A stretch of 64,000 bases of DNA from the NCBI RefSeq assembly GCF_006345805.1, contig NC_043003.1, forward strand, positions 106,082,001 to 106,146,000. Direction: 5' to 3'. A program made the translations under genes and the position numbers. Under the pieces are notes generated by a model. The model was not told the DNA's origin. It worked only from the letters and a program-made list of their open reading frames with translations, and did no database searches. This DNA is from Octopus sinensis. Its lineage: Eukaryota. How positions within the stretch are numbered: position 1 is the stretch's first letter; each line of letters opens with the position of its first letter. Below, piece after piece: positions 1 to 9,804 of the stretch.

Positions 1-232
1 CAACACACCACATATATATATATATAATATATATATGTATAATCTTTATATAATATATATAAGGTTAGTTGAGTTAAAGGTTGGAGTAACCGTCTAACGA
101 ATAAAAATATCCGTTTTACTACCGGAATCATTGCCTATGTTAACCCAGGACATATGCAGGTTTATTATGCTCATAGGTTTACAGGTAATGACAAAGATAA
201 ATATGTGTTTATGAGGAATTAAATTTAAAGTA

Positions 233-582
233 AACAGTAAATGGAGAAATATTAACAACTGTTGACTAACATCAATTATTACTTTTTAATACAAACAGAC
301 TGCATTCCATCTAACAGCTGTTTCTGCTTCCAGTGGTCTACGGTATTGCCATTGAACATTCTGAAAATAATATTCATTATATTTGGTATCACATCCGATC
401 TGGAACATGGAGCTTCATCAGAGTGAAGAGAAATACATAAAAGGAAAGAAGAGCCTCGAGAAAAAGATGAAAGACTTATTATATTTAAATCATACCATTT
501 TGCCTATGTGTCGCCTCAGGACGTTGCGTAAATGGCTAAACTTAAAATATTAATTGGTGGGTTAATTTTCCTGTGGGGGTAA
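233..582. repeat. Left arm of a ~350-bp inverted duplication (partner 1466-1820)
   Basis: AACAGTAAATGGAGAAATATTAACAACTGTTGACTAAC... at 233 is the reverse complement of the sequence ending at 1820; identity is high but imperfect over the whole arm. Confidence 0.9.
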
Positions 583-930
583 ATTGTCCAAATAGGTACC
601 TCACTAGGTTTAATGACACTGCGGACGCTGTTTATTCCTTCTCATTGTGCTTGTTTACATGTTTATTTGTTTTTTTTTATTTACAATGTCCTAAGCGGTT
701 TTGGGGCCATTTACAATATGTACTACTTTTCCATACTTTTATCATCTATTATTCTTTTTATTTATTTACATCTACCCGTATAACGGTCTTAATAGTTTGT
801 CCTTTGTTTTTAAATTTAACTGACCAATTATATCGAAAACTGGACTTTGGTCAGTCGCATTACGGGCAATAGGCAGTTGGTGTATATACAACATATTAGT
901 AAGTAAATAATTATAATTAATTGATGGCCA

Positions 931-1325
931 CTTTACTCTTTTACTCTTTTACTTGTTTCAGTCATTTGACTGTGGCCATGCTGGAGCACCGCCTTTAGTC
1001 GAGCAAATCGACCCCGGGACTTATTCTTTGTAAGCCCAGTACTTATTCTATCGGTCTCTTTTGCCGAACCGCTAAGTGACGGGGATGTAAACACACCAGC
1101 ATCGATTGTCAAACACAGACACACAAACATATACACACACATACATATATATATATATATACGATAGGCTTCTTTCAGTTTCCGTCTACCAAATCCACTC
1201 CCAAGGCTTTGGTCGGCCCGAGGCTATAGCAGAAGACACTTGCCCAAGATGCCACGCAGTGGGACTGAACCCGGAACCATGTGGTTGGTTAGCAAGCTAC
1301 TTACCACACAGCCACTCCTGCGCCT
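931..1325 (-). mobile_element. tRNA-derived SINE, family B (head AGGCGCAGGAGTGGCTGTGTGG, CR1-type tail, (TAAAAGAG)n end)
   Basis: Near-identical copies at 9040-9417 and 49475-49886; tRNA-like head with A/B-box-like motifs on the minus strand; short tandem 3' tail. Confidence 0.85.
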
Positions 1326-1465
1326 ATATTATTATGATAAACTATTAATTAGTACTATTAACATAATTTTAAGAACTGTCATGATTATTTCAAAACGTCA
1401 CCGTTTTGGCGTATCCCGTTGAGGTTAATTTTTTATTTTACTTTTTTTATCACTTATACACCCTG

Positions 1466-1820
1466 TTACCCCCATAGAAAAATTAACCCACCAATTACTA
1501 TTTTAAGTTTAGCCATTTACTCAACGTCCCTAAGCGATACATATGCAAAATGGTATGGTTCAAATATATCAAGACTTTCATCTTTTTCTCGAGACTCTCC
1601 ATTCCTATTCTTTTATGTATTTCTCTTCACTCTGATGAAGCTCCATGTTCCAGATCGGATATCATACCAAATATAATGAATATTATTTTCAGAATGTTCA
1701 ATGGCAATACCGTAGACCACTGGAAGCAGAAACAGCTGTTAGATGGGATACAGTCTGTTTGTATTAAAAAGTAATAATTGATGTTAGTCAACAGTTGTTA
1801 ATATTTCTCCATTTACTGTT
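1466..1820. repeat. Right arm of the inverted duplication (partner 233-582)
   Basis: Reverse-complement match to 233-582. Confidence 0.9.
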
Positions 1821-2319
1821 CATATATATATATATATATATGTGAGGGAGTATATGTATCTTTTGTGTGTGAGTGTTTTGCGTGTGAGTGTGTGTTTTGT
1901 GTGTGAATGTGTATATGGGTTTGTTATTTAGGTTTTGGGATGTATGTGTTAATTTGTCTGTGTGGGGAGGGTGGGTTTTTGTGTATATTGAGGTTTATAA
2001 GTTAGTATAGGTATGTGTATAAGTCGTGAGTCTGTGGTTTACGTGTGTGTATTTGTGTGTGTGATGTGTTTAGGTTAGGGGTTTACTTTATAGGTTTGTT
2101 ATAGAGTTTAGCAAAGGGAGATTTTATCGTTATATGTTTTTAAGAGTTTTGTTTTATCATGGTTTTTTTTAGGGAATTCGTGGTAATTAGTCTATATTTT
2201 CGATATGGATTATATATAGGTTATATAGGGATTATATACTTATATTTTTTCATTTATACTTTATTAATTATAAAGTATTATTTTTATATTTTAAAATTTT
2301 GATTTTTTAGATTGGAAGT

Positions 2320-2362
2320 CCACCTGAAGATTGTCGATCAAGACACGAAACGATTGTAGTGG
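2320..2362 (+). ncRNA. Minimal type I hammerhead ribozyme motif (Penelope-type)
   Basis: CCAC-CUGAAGA-U-UGUC(GAUCAA)GACA-C-GAAAC-GAUU-GUA/GUGG. Stem I CCAC:GUGG, both core boxes, GUA cleavage triplet, near-palindromic stem III. Confidence 0.75.
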
Positions 2363-2453
2363 CGGTTTTTTTGACTATTTATTAAATTTTATGTATTGAT
2401 TAAGTCTTTCCTTGTTTGTTTTGCAAAATAGTGGTTTTGTCTCAAATAATATT

Positions 2454-2515
<62 letters not shown>

Positions 2516-2779
2516 ATGTATTATTGGCAGATATAACCCTGTTTGCTTTTGGTTCAGCTAACTACCGATCTCTCACTGCCCCTTCCAACATCTTAGTGGT
2601 GATAGAAACAACTGTTAACAATATTTTCATTTCTACAAATGAACGCCAGTACAACTTCCTCGGAACCAGTTCTGCAGAGAGTTGCTCTCCTATGTTTATT
2701 CACTAGTGGTCTATCCCCAGTAATATTCTTTCCTACTCTAGGCACAAGGACCAAAATTTTGGGGGAGAGGGCCAGTCAA

Positions 2780-2952
2780 TTAGATCGAGTCCAGTGCGTA
2801 ACTGGTACTTAATTTATCGACCCCGAAAGAATGAAAGGCAAAGTCGATCTCGGCGGAATTTGAACTCAGAACGTAAATACTGCAAAATATTTTTTGCAGA
2901 CGAAATACTGCAAAATATTTCGCCCGGCGTCCTAACGTTTCTGCCAGCTCAC
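2780..2952 (-). mobile_element. tRNA-derived SINE, family A (head GGCGAGCTGGCAGAAACGTTAG)
   Basis: Reverse complement of the family consensus seen at 37153, 53575 and 54761; lies head-to-head with the copy at 2979. Confidence 0.8.
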
Positions 2953-2978
2953 CACCTTTACTAACAATGGTTAGGGAA

Positions 2979-3165
2979 GCGAGCTGGCAGAATCATTAAC
3001 ACGCTGGGCAAAGTACTTAACTGAGTTCAAATTCCGCCGAGGTCGACTTTACCTCTCATACTTTCGGGGGTCGATAAAATAAGTACGAATTGAGCATTAG
3101 GGTCGATGTAATCAACTTACCCCTTCCTCGAAATTGCTGACTTTGTGCCAAAATTTGAAAGTAAT
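2979..3165 (+). mobile_element. SINE family A, degenerate copy
   Basis: GAGTTCAAATTCCGCCGAGGTCGACTTT...GGGTCGATAAAATAAGTAC core. Confidence 0.75.
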
Positions 3166-4759
3166 ATTAACAATGGCTATCATTTCTGATAGTGTTTATT
3201 TTTATGCAGTTGTTATCAGTCTTCATTTCTCCTTAAAATTCTGCAGATCATTATCGTACTAATGCAACAACACCTTGCACTGCTTTTATTGACAAAGTCT
3301 CCTTAAAACTAACTTCCGATAGAACAAGGTGAAATGAAGTTGTTCGCTCAAAAACACAATGCTACACACCGCCCGGTCTGGGAATCGAAACCACGATATT
3401 GCGATCGCAAGTACAATACTCCAACCACTAAGCCAAGTGCCTTCAATTCATTAATTATTTAGAGTGACACACTTCACTCCTGTTGTGCGTGAAGAGTTGT
3501 ACTCTTTTATGATACCTAACGACAGACAGACTTTTAAATCTAACCAATCACAAACCTTTTGGTTAACCCACGTCCAGTCTACTTAACGGAACAGATATGG
3601 CTGACATTATCGTTTTAAAAGTCTTCTTCGGGTACAAACAGTTGATTTACAGAGAATGTAGAATGAAACTGTATAAAGTGTGTAGCTTTCGCATGGTTGT
3701 TAAATGTAAATGAAGGAATCAGCCTGTCGTATAACCAAAACATACCTGTTTGGCTACTCAATTCACCTGAAGTCGATCTCATGCTCTACGGCACTCACCA
3801 GTTTTAAGATCGATAACTTACCTACCACATCGTTTTAATAAATAATATATTATATAGGAGTTGTGTACAAAAAGGAGAAACTTGGACAATATTAATATAA
3901 TGTTGTGTGTGTGTGTGTTGTAAAAAGGTGAAGGCGAAGTGGTTTGGCTGCTGTAATCACAATCGTAACATCGTGTTTCGATTCTCGGATCGGTCGTTCA
4001 GTGGACTGGGTTTGTGATCTCATTCTTTTATCCACCATGCAAACCGGATTAATTTCCGAGCTCATGAGTTCCAGGGCTCAGAACAAACTCATGTGTTAAG
4101 TGTATTGTGAACGGTGCCTTAGATCAGTGTAACGACTCGAAATTTCAGTTGGGAAATCGATTTCCAGAGTGTTTCTGGGAACATAACTAGTTTTTGATTT
4201 ATTTCGTATTTACTACCAACATATTTTGACGAGAAGAAAAGAAAGAAAAACAACATTAAAATTTTAAAAGATTAAATTATCGAGACCCCCCTCCCCCATC
4301 TAACCATCTCACCAAAGAAATAGAAAAAAAGAAAAAAAGGTGGAAAAATTAAGCAGCAAAAAATGGTGGGCAGGAATAGGGAAAAACGGATTATACAGCC
4401 CCGAAGGAATAGCTTGTTCAGCCTCGCCTTGAAGACGGGATTGCAAAGGCTTTGTTGTTGAGAAAGGCCAACGGCAATGGTTGCATCAACCCCTTTGTTA
4501 TTTTTAACAACCTCAGATCCAGCTTCCGTGGGAGTTGAACTGAGAAAGTCAGATTATATAACTGAATACTGAAGGACATTTTGTTCGACGCTCTCTTGAC
4601 TCTGACAATATTTCGTTTTGTCCCTTTATATTCTAATTTTAAATCCTAGCATTGTAGACTTTATCTTTCTTCTTTGATCGTCTTCCGACGTCGATTTAAT
4701 CGATATCATTCTCAAATATGGGGCCTTGTGCCTCCAGTAGAAAGGACTATCATTATTAT

Positions 4760-5238
4760 TATGGAATGAAAGTGCAATGCATGCCATCAAAGTGACATTG
4801 GGGTAAGATATACGAAGCCCAGTATACCTATCATGACTACCCGTCTGATAAGGTTACACCAGGTACATGCACCACAACCATACGTGTGCGACATAGTGAT
4901 CTCATATCAAGATAAACAGCGCATGATCTTGCAAGTTGGGCCCAGTTAGTTTCTTTATTTATTTTTTCAAGTCGAGTAGCCCATCACGCTCAAAAGGTCC
5001 CTGATTAAGTGTTGTTTAAAGATGTTGAATAATACATTCATGTTACCAAAGGTGAATTATACAAACTCACCAAAATTCCTCTCAACACATGGCTATGATG
5101 CTCCCCCCAGTACTTCTGCTCGTGATCAGAGATGCACATATCGTCAGCCACTAAGGGACGTGCTCAACTGGCTAAGGTCACGCAACTGACAAGCAAACCT
5201 GTGGTATTGAGCAGAATATTTGTTGTAGCCCATCTTTT
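4760..5238. repeat. Unclassified ~450-bp dispersed repeat (family X)
   Basis: Homologous copies at 5277-5590 (partial), 13503-13963 and 54253-54690; the GAGTGAGAG end abuts (ATT)n in most copies. Confidence 0.8.
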
Positions 5239-5276
5239 ATATTAAGACAAGGTTAGCATATTATTATTATTATTAT

Positions 5277-5590
5277 TGAGTGAGAGTGCAGTACACACCA
5301 TCAAAGTGACTCTGGGGCACAAATATACGAGGCCCAATATACTCGCCGTGACTATCTGTGTTGTGCTTGATATGGTGACTAAGATGAACAGCACATGACT
5401 TTGCAGGTGGGGCTCTGTTACAATTCTGTTCAGATAAAGCACCCGCACCCAGCTCAAAAGATTCCCAATAAGGTTTGTTTAAAGATGATGAACGACACAC
5501 CCATGTTTCTGGAGGTGAATTTATTCAAACCCCAAAGAATCTCTCTCAACACATGGCTACGATGCTCCCCACCTGCTTCTGCATGTGTTC
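5277..5590. repeat. Family X partial copy
   Basis: Aligns by eye to 4760-5238 and 13503-13963. Confidence 0.75.
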
Positions 5591-5730
5591 AACTGGTACT
5601 TAATTTATCGACTCCGAAAGGATGAAAGGCAAAGTCGACCTCGGCGGAATTTGAACTCAGAACATAAAGACAGACGAAATACTGCTAAGCATATCGCCCG
5701 ACGTGCTAACGTTTCTGCCAGATCGTCGTC
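5590..5730 (-). mobile_element. SINE family A, truncated copy
   Basis: Reverse complement of the family A head and core. Confidence 0.8.
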
Positions 5731-5803
5731 CTCGAAACAGTTCACTTTCTAACAAAATACATAAGAAAGACGGCAAAACTACTACATTCAGAATTCAATT
5801 TAC

Positions 5804-7475
5804 CTGAAGTTGTTAATCCATCGATTGATGTTGTAGTAGTGGTTGTTGCTTCCGTTGTAGTAGTGGTTGTTGCTTCCGTTGTAGTAGTGGTTGTTGCTTC
5901 CGTTGTAGTAGTGGTTGTTGCTTCCGTTGTAGTAGTGGTTGGTGCTTCCGTTGTAGTAGTGGTTGGTGCTTCTGTTGTAGTAGAGGTTGGTGCTTCTGTT
6001 GTAGTAGAGGTTGGTGCTTCTGTTGTAGTAGTGGTTGGTGCTTCTGTTGTAGTAGAGGTTGGTGCTTCCGTTGTACTAGTGGTTGGTGTTTTTGTTGTAG
6101 TAGTGGTAGGTGCTTCTGTTGTAGTAGAGGTTGGTGCTTCCGTTGTACTAGTGCTTGGTGTTTTTGTTGTAGTAGAGGTTGGTGCTTCTGTTGTACTAGT
6201 GGTTGGTGTTTCTGTTGTAGTAGAGGTTGGTGCTTCTGTTGTACTAGTGGTTGGTGTTTCTGTTGTAGTAGAGTTTGGTGCTTCCGTTGTACTAGTGGTT
6301 GGTGTTTCTGTTGTACTAGTGGTTGGTGTTTCTGTTGTAGTAGAGGTTGGTGCTTCTGTTGTAGTAGAGGTTGCTGCTTCCGTTGTAGTAGAGGTTGGTG
6401 CTTCTGTTGTACTAGTGGTTGGTGCTTCTGTTGTACTAGTGGTTGGTGTTTCTGTTGTAGTAGAGGTTGGTGCTTCTGTTGTACTAGTGGTTGGTGCTTC
6501 CGTTGTAGTAGAGGTTGGTGCTTCTGTTGTACTAGTGGTTGGTGCTTCCGTTGTACTAGTGGTTGGTGTTTCTGTTGTAGTAGAGGTTGGTGCTTCTGTT
6601 GTACTAGTGGTTGGTGCTTCTGTTGTAGTAGAGGTTGGTGCTTCTGTTGTACTAGTGGTTGGTGTTTCTGTTGTAGTAGAGGTTGGTGCTTCTGTTGTAG
6701 TAGAGGTTGGTGCTTCTGTTGTAGTAGAGGTTGGTGCTTCTGTTGTACTAGTGGTTGGTGCTTCTGTTGTACTAGTGGTTAGTGTTTCTGTTGTAGTAGA
6801 GGTTGGTGCTTCTGTTGTACTAGTGGTTGGTGCTTCTGTTGTACTAGTGGTTGGTGCTTCCGTTGTAGTAGAGGTTGGTGCTTCTGTTGTACTAGTGGTT
6901 GGTGTTTCTGTTGTAGTAGAGGTTGGTGCTTCTGTTGTACTAGTGGTTGGTGCTTCCGTGGTAGTAGAGGTTGGTTCGTCTGTTGTACTAGTGGTTGGTG
7001 TTTCTGTTGTAGTAGAGGTTGGTTCTTCTGTTGTACTAGTGGTTGGTGTTTCTGTTGTAGTAGAGGTTGGTGCTTCTGTTGTAGTAGAGGTTGGTGCTTC
7101 TGTTGTACTAGTGGTTGGTGCTTCTGTTGTACTAGTGGTTGGTGCTTCTGTTGTACTAGTGGTTGGTTCTTCCGTTGTACTAGTGGTTGGTGCCTCTGTT
7201 GTACTAGTGGATGGTGTTTCGGTAGTGGTTGCGTCCGTGCTTGGTTCGCTGTATACCGTACTTGTACTTATCGAAGTCGGTAGTTGCGTTGGGTTGTCAC
7301 TACTCGAAATGAACGTAAAACTGGTTCCTGTAGAAGCCATTTCCGTCGTAGAGAATCCTTGAGAAGTGTCACTGAAAGTTGAACTGAAAGGGTTTGTTGT
7401 ACACACGCACTGTGTCACACATTGTCCAATGTCGACCAAGTTCAAAAGCAAAAGGAAACCAAAGAATATTTTCAT
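5804..7475 (-). CDS. Coding exon of a secreted or membrane mucin-like protein (PTS domain, ~57 x 8-aa TTEAPTST/TTEAPTTS repeats)
   Basis: 1.9-kb uninterrupted ORF 5742..7715. Met81 (ATG at 7475, ACACAATG context) starts MKIFFGFLLLLNLVDIGQC, a signal-peptide-like segment. The 24-bp repeat stays in frame for ~1.4 kb. TCAG|GTAAAT donor at 5804/5803 (phase 1), so the gene probably continues leftward. Confidence 0.75.
5830..7210. repeat. 24-bp coding minisatellite of the mucin exon
   Basis: Alternating GGTGCTTCTGTTGTAGTAGAGGTT and GGTGCTTCTGTTGTACTAGTGGTT units. Confidence 0.95.
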
Positions 7476-7954
7476 TGTGTTACGTTTTTCTATTGACTTA
7501 ACCGGCCAAAAAGTTAATGAAGAAATATATCCACTCGGAAAGGAATTATTTCTTCGAAATGGAATACAGTCTTGAAAAGCATGAATACTTTGTGCAGTGC
7601 CGTTATTCATGACCATTTCTTCGCACCATTTCAAATTGGGAAGAAATTGCGATAGTTTTAAGGAAAATGTTTTCTGTCTGACATATAAGTTATCCAACAC
7701 TGTGTTCATTTTCATGAAACCCTCTTAAGAGTTGACCTTCTTCACTTTACCTCTTGTCAACTCTTTCTGAGTGAAATTTCGTCTTTCCGCTGATTCTTCC
7801 TCTTCCTCCTGCACCTCTTCCTCCCCTTCCTCTTCTCTCCCTCACTCCACCTCTTCTATTTTCTTTTTTCCTTCTTGGCTCAAAGCTTATTAATCGTTAT
7901 CGATGGTAACAACATTTGTTGATGTTTTGATATTGTGTTTGTCATTGTTACTAT

Positions 7955-7958
7955 CGTT

Positions 7959-7989
<31 letters not shown>

Positions 7990-8120
7990 CCGCTGCCGTT
8001 GCCACCTTTGCAGCTGCCTTTACTGTAGTTGTTGTAGTTGTTGTTGTTGTTGTTGCCGCTGCCGTTGCCACCTTTGCAGCTGCCTTTACTGTAGTTGTTG
8101 TAGTTGTTGTTGTTGTTGTT
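7955..8120. repeat. (GTT)n microsatellite with a ~66-bp tandem duplication
   Basis: GCCGCTGCCGTTGCCACCTTTGCAGCTGCCTTTACTGTAG occurs twice, separated by (GTT)n. Confidence 0.9.
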
Positions 8121-8377
8121 GGCACCATTACCGCTATTAAATCTGCTGTTGCTTTTAATGAGAAATCACTTTCGGAGGGAGGAAGAGAGGAGGTGAGAGG
8201 CAGAGGCAGGCATTGTGGTCTCTCTGCTATCGTGGCGGTGGCGGTGGCGGTGGGGTGGGGATGAGTGACGATATGATGCTTACGTTTCCTGACCACTAAC
8301 TATGCTCTCTTTCATTCGATCCTGCTCCGGTCTTGACGAGGAAAATATCAATCACACCATACCAACTCTATCCACCT

Positions 8378-8379
8378 AC

Positions 8380-8452
<73 letters not shown>

Positions 8453-8705
8453 CATTTATCTATCTATCTATCCATTTATCTATCTATCTATCTTTCTCTC
8501 TCTCTCTCTCTATCTATCTTTTTCTCTCTCTCTCTCTCTCTATCTATAACTTTCTCTCTCTCTCTCTCTCTGTATCTACTTGTCTGTCTGTCTCTCTCTA
8601 TCTACATACCTACCTGTCTGCCTATTTATCTACCTATCTATATCTATATATCTGTCTGTTTGTCTCTCTCTCTCTCACTCTCTCTATCTCTCTATCTATC
8701 TATTT
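8378..8705. repeat. (TATC)n/(TC)n compound microsatellite
   Basis: Direct reading. Confidence 0.95.
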
Positions 8706-9039
8706 ATCATATTTCCAGCTGTTCGCAAACGCCTCTGAAATTAAACTTCTACAAATACATACAAATGTACGCACGTTCACTCCAATGGGGCGTGTCATCA
8801 AAACTCTTCAATCAATGCTTGGCCATTTATTTACGCTGTAACCAATGATGTGATAGGCGAAGGAGGATGGATGCGGAGTAGAGGCGGTGGTGGGTTGAGA
8901 AACGAAGGTGTGTCCATGGGAGGAGTGATCTGCGGAGGCGGGAACAGGTGTATTGATCTTTTGATACGTGGCCTGAAGATTACTGGCAAATCACAGTCTC
9001 GTTCATGTCCAATGTATTGTTGTTGGTCGGGTTCTTTCT

Positions 9040-9417
9040 TTCTTTTACTTGTTTCAGTCATTTGACTGCGGCCATGCTGGAGCACCGCATTTAGTCGAGC
9101 AAATCGACCTCGGGACTTATTCTTTGTAAGCCCAGTACTTATTCTATCGGTCTCTTTTGCCGAACCGCTAAGTGACGGGGACGTAAACACACCAGCATCG
9201 GTTGTCAAGCAATGCTAGGGGGACAAACACAGACACACAAACACACACATATATATATATACATATATACGACAGGATTCTTTCAGTTTCCGTCTACCAA
9301 ATCCACTCACAAGGCATTGGTCGGCCCGGGGCTACAGCAGAAGACACTTGCCAAGATGCCACGCAGTGGGACTGAACCATGTGGTTGGTTAGCAAGCTAC
9401 TTACCACACAGCCACTT
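9040..9417 (-). mobile_element. SINE family B
   Basis: Near-identical to 931-1325 and 49475-49886. Confidence 0.85.
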
Positions 9418-9529
9418 CATCTTGTAAACAAATCATCATCGTCGTCGTCGCTATCCTCTCCCCCTTCTCCTCTTCCTCCTCCTCCTCCTCATCATCATCA
9501 TCATCATATCGTTGTTATTATTATTATCT

Positions 9530-9753
9530 CTTTATCACAGGTTTTGTTGGAGTTCCGGGTGTTTTGCACGCGTACCCTACGGTACCATGCTGTTCATTCT
9601 TTTCAGCTATCTAATACTTTCCTGATTATTCTGGCCGTGCCAAGGAGACAAACCTTTTGTAACAATTCTACTGGGCACTCTATTCCAATTTCATTTATAT
9701 TCCTCTTGATGCCTTCTGATACTGTTCCCAAGGACCCAGCAATGATTGGCACA

Positions 9754-9755
<2 letters not shown>
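9530..9755 (-). mobile_element. 3' fragment of an R4/Dong-like non-LTR retrotransposon (RLE C-terminus)
   Basis: Minus-strand translation VPIIAGSLGTVSEGIKRNINEIGIECPVELLQKVCLLGTARIIRKVLDS*; (TTA)n on both sides. Confidence 0.7.
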
Positions 9756-9801
<46 letters not shown>

Positions 9802-9804
9802 TTA

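Noticed and set aside
1633-1680. CUGAUGA box
   Set aside because: No downstream GAAA box or stems
5839-7362. 507-aa Val-rich ORF on the + strand
   Set aside because: Antisense shadow of the Thr-codon repeat; no signal peptide or other support
7476-7860. 80 extra N-terminal codons and an upstream Glu-rich stretch faintly like a pogo/Tigger C-terminus
   Set aside because: Met81 gives the signal-peptide-like start; the transposase resemblance is too weak to call
7880-8296. Thr-rich 138-aa ORF as a second mucin exon
   Set aside because: Explained by an (AAC)n microsatellite and a local duplication; no convincing splice sites
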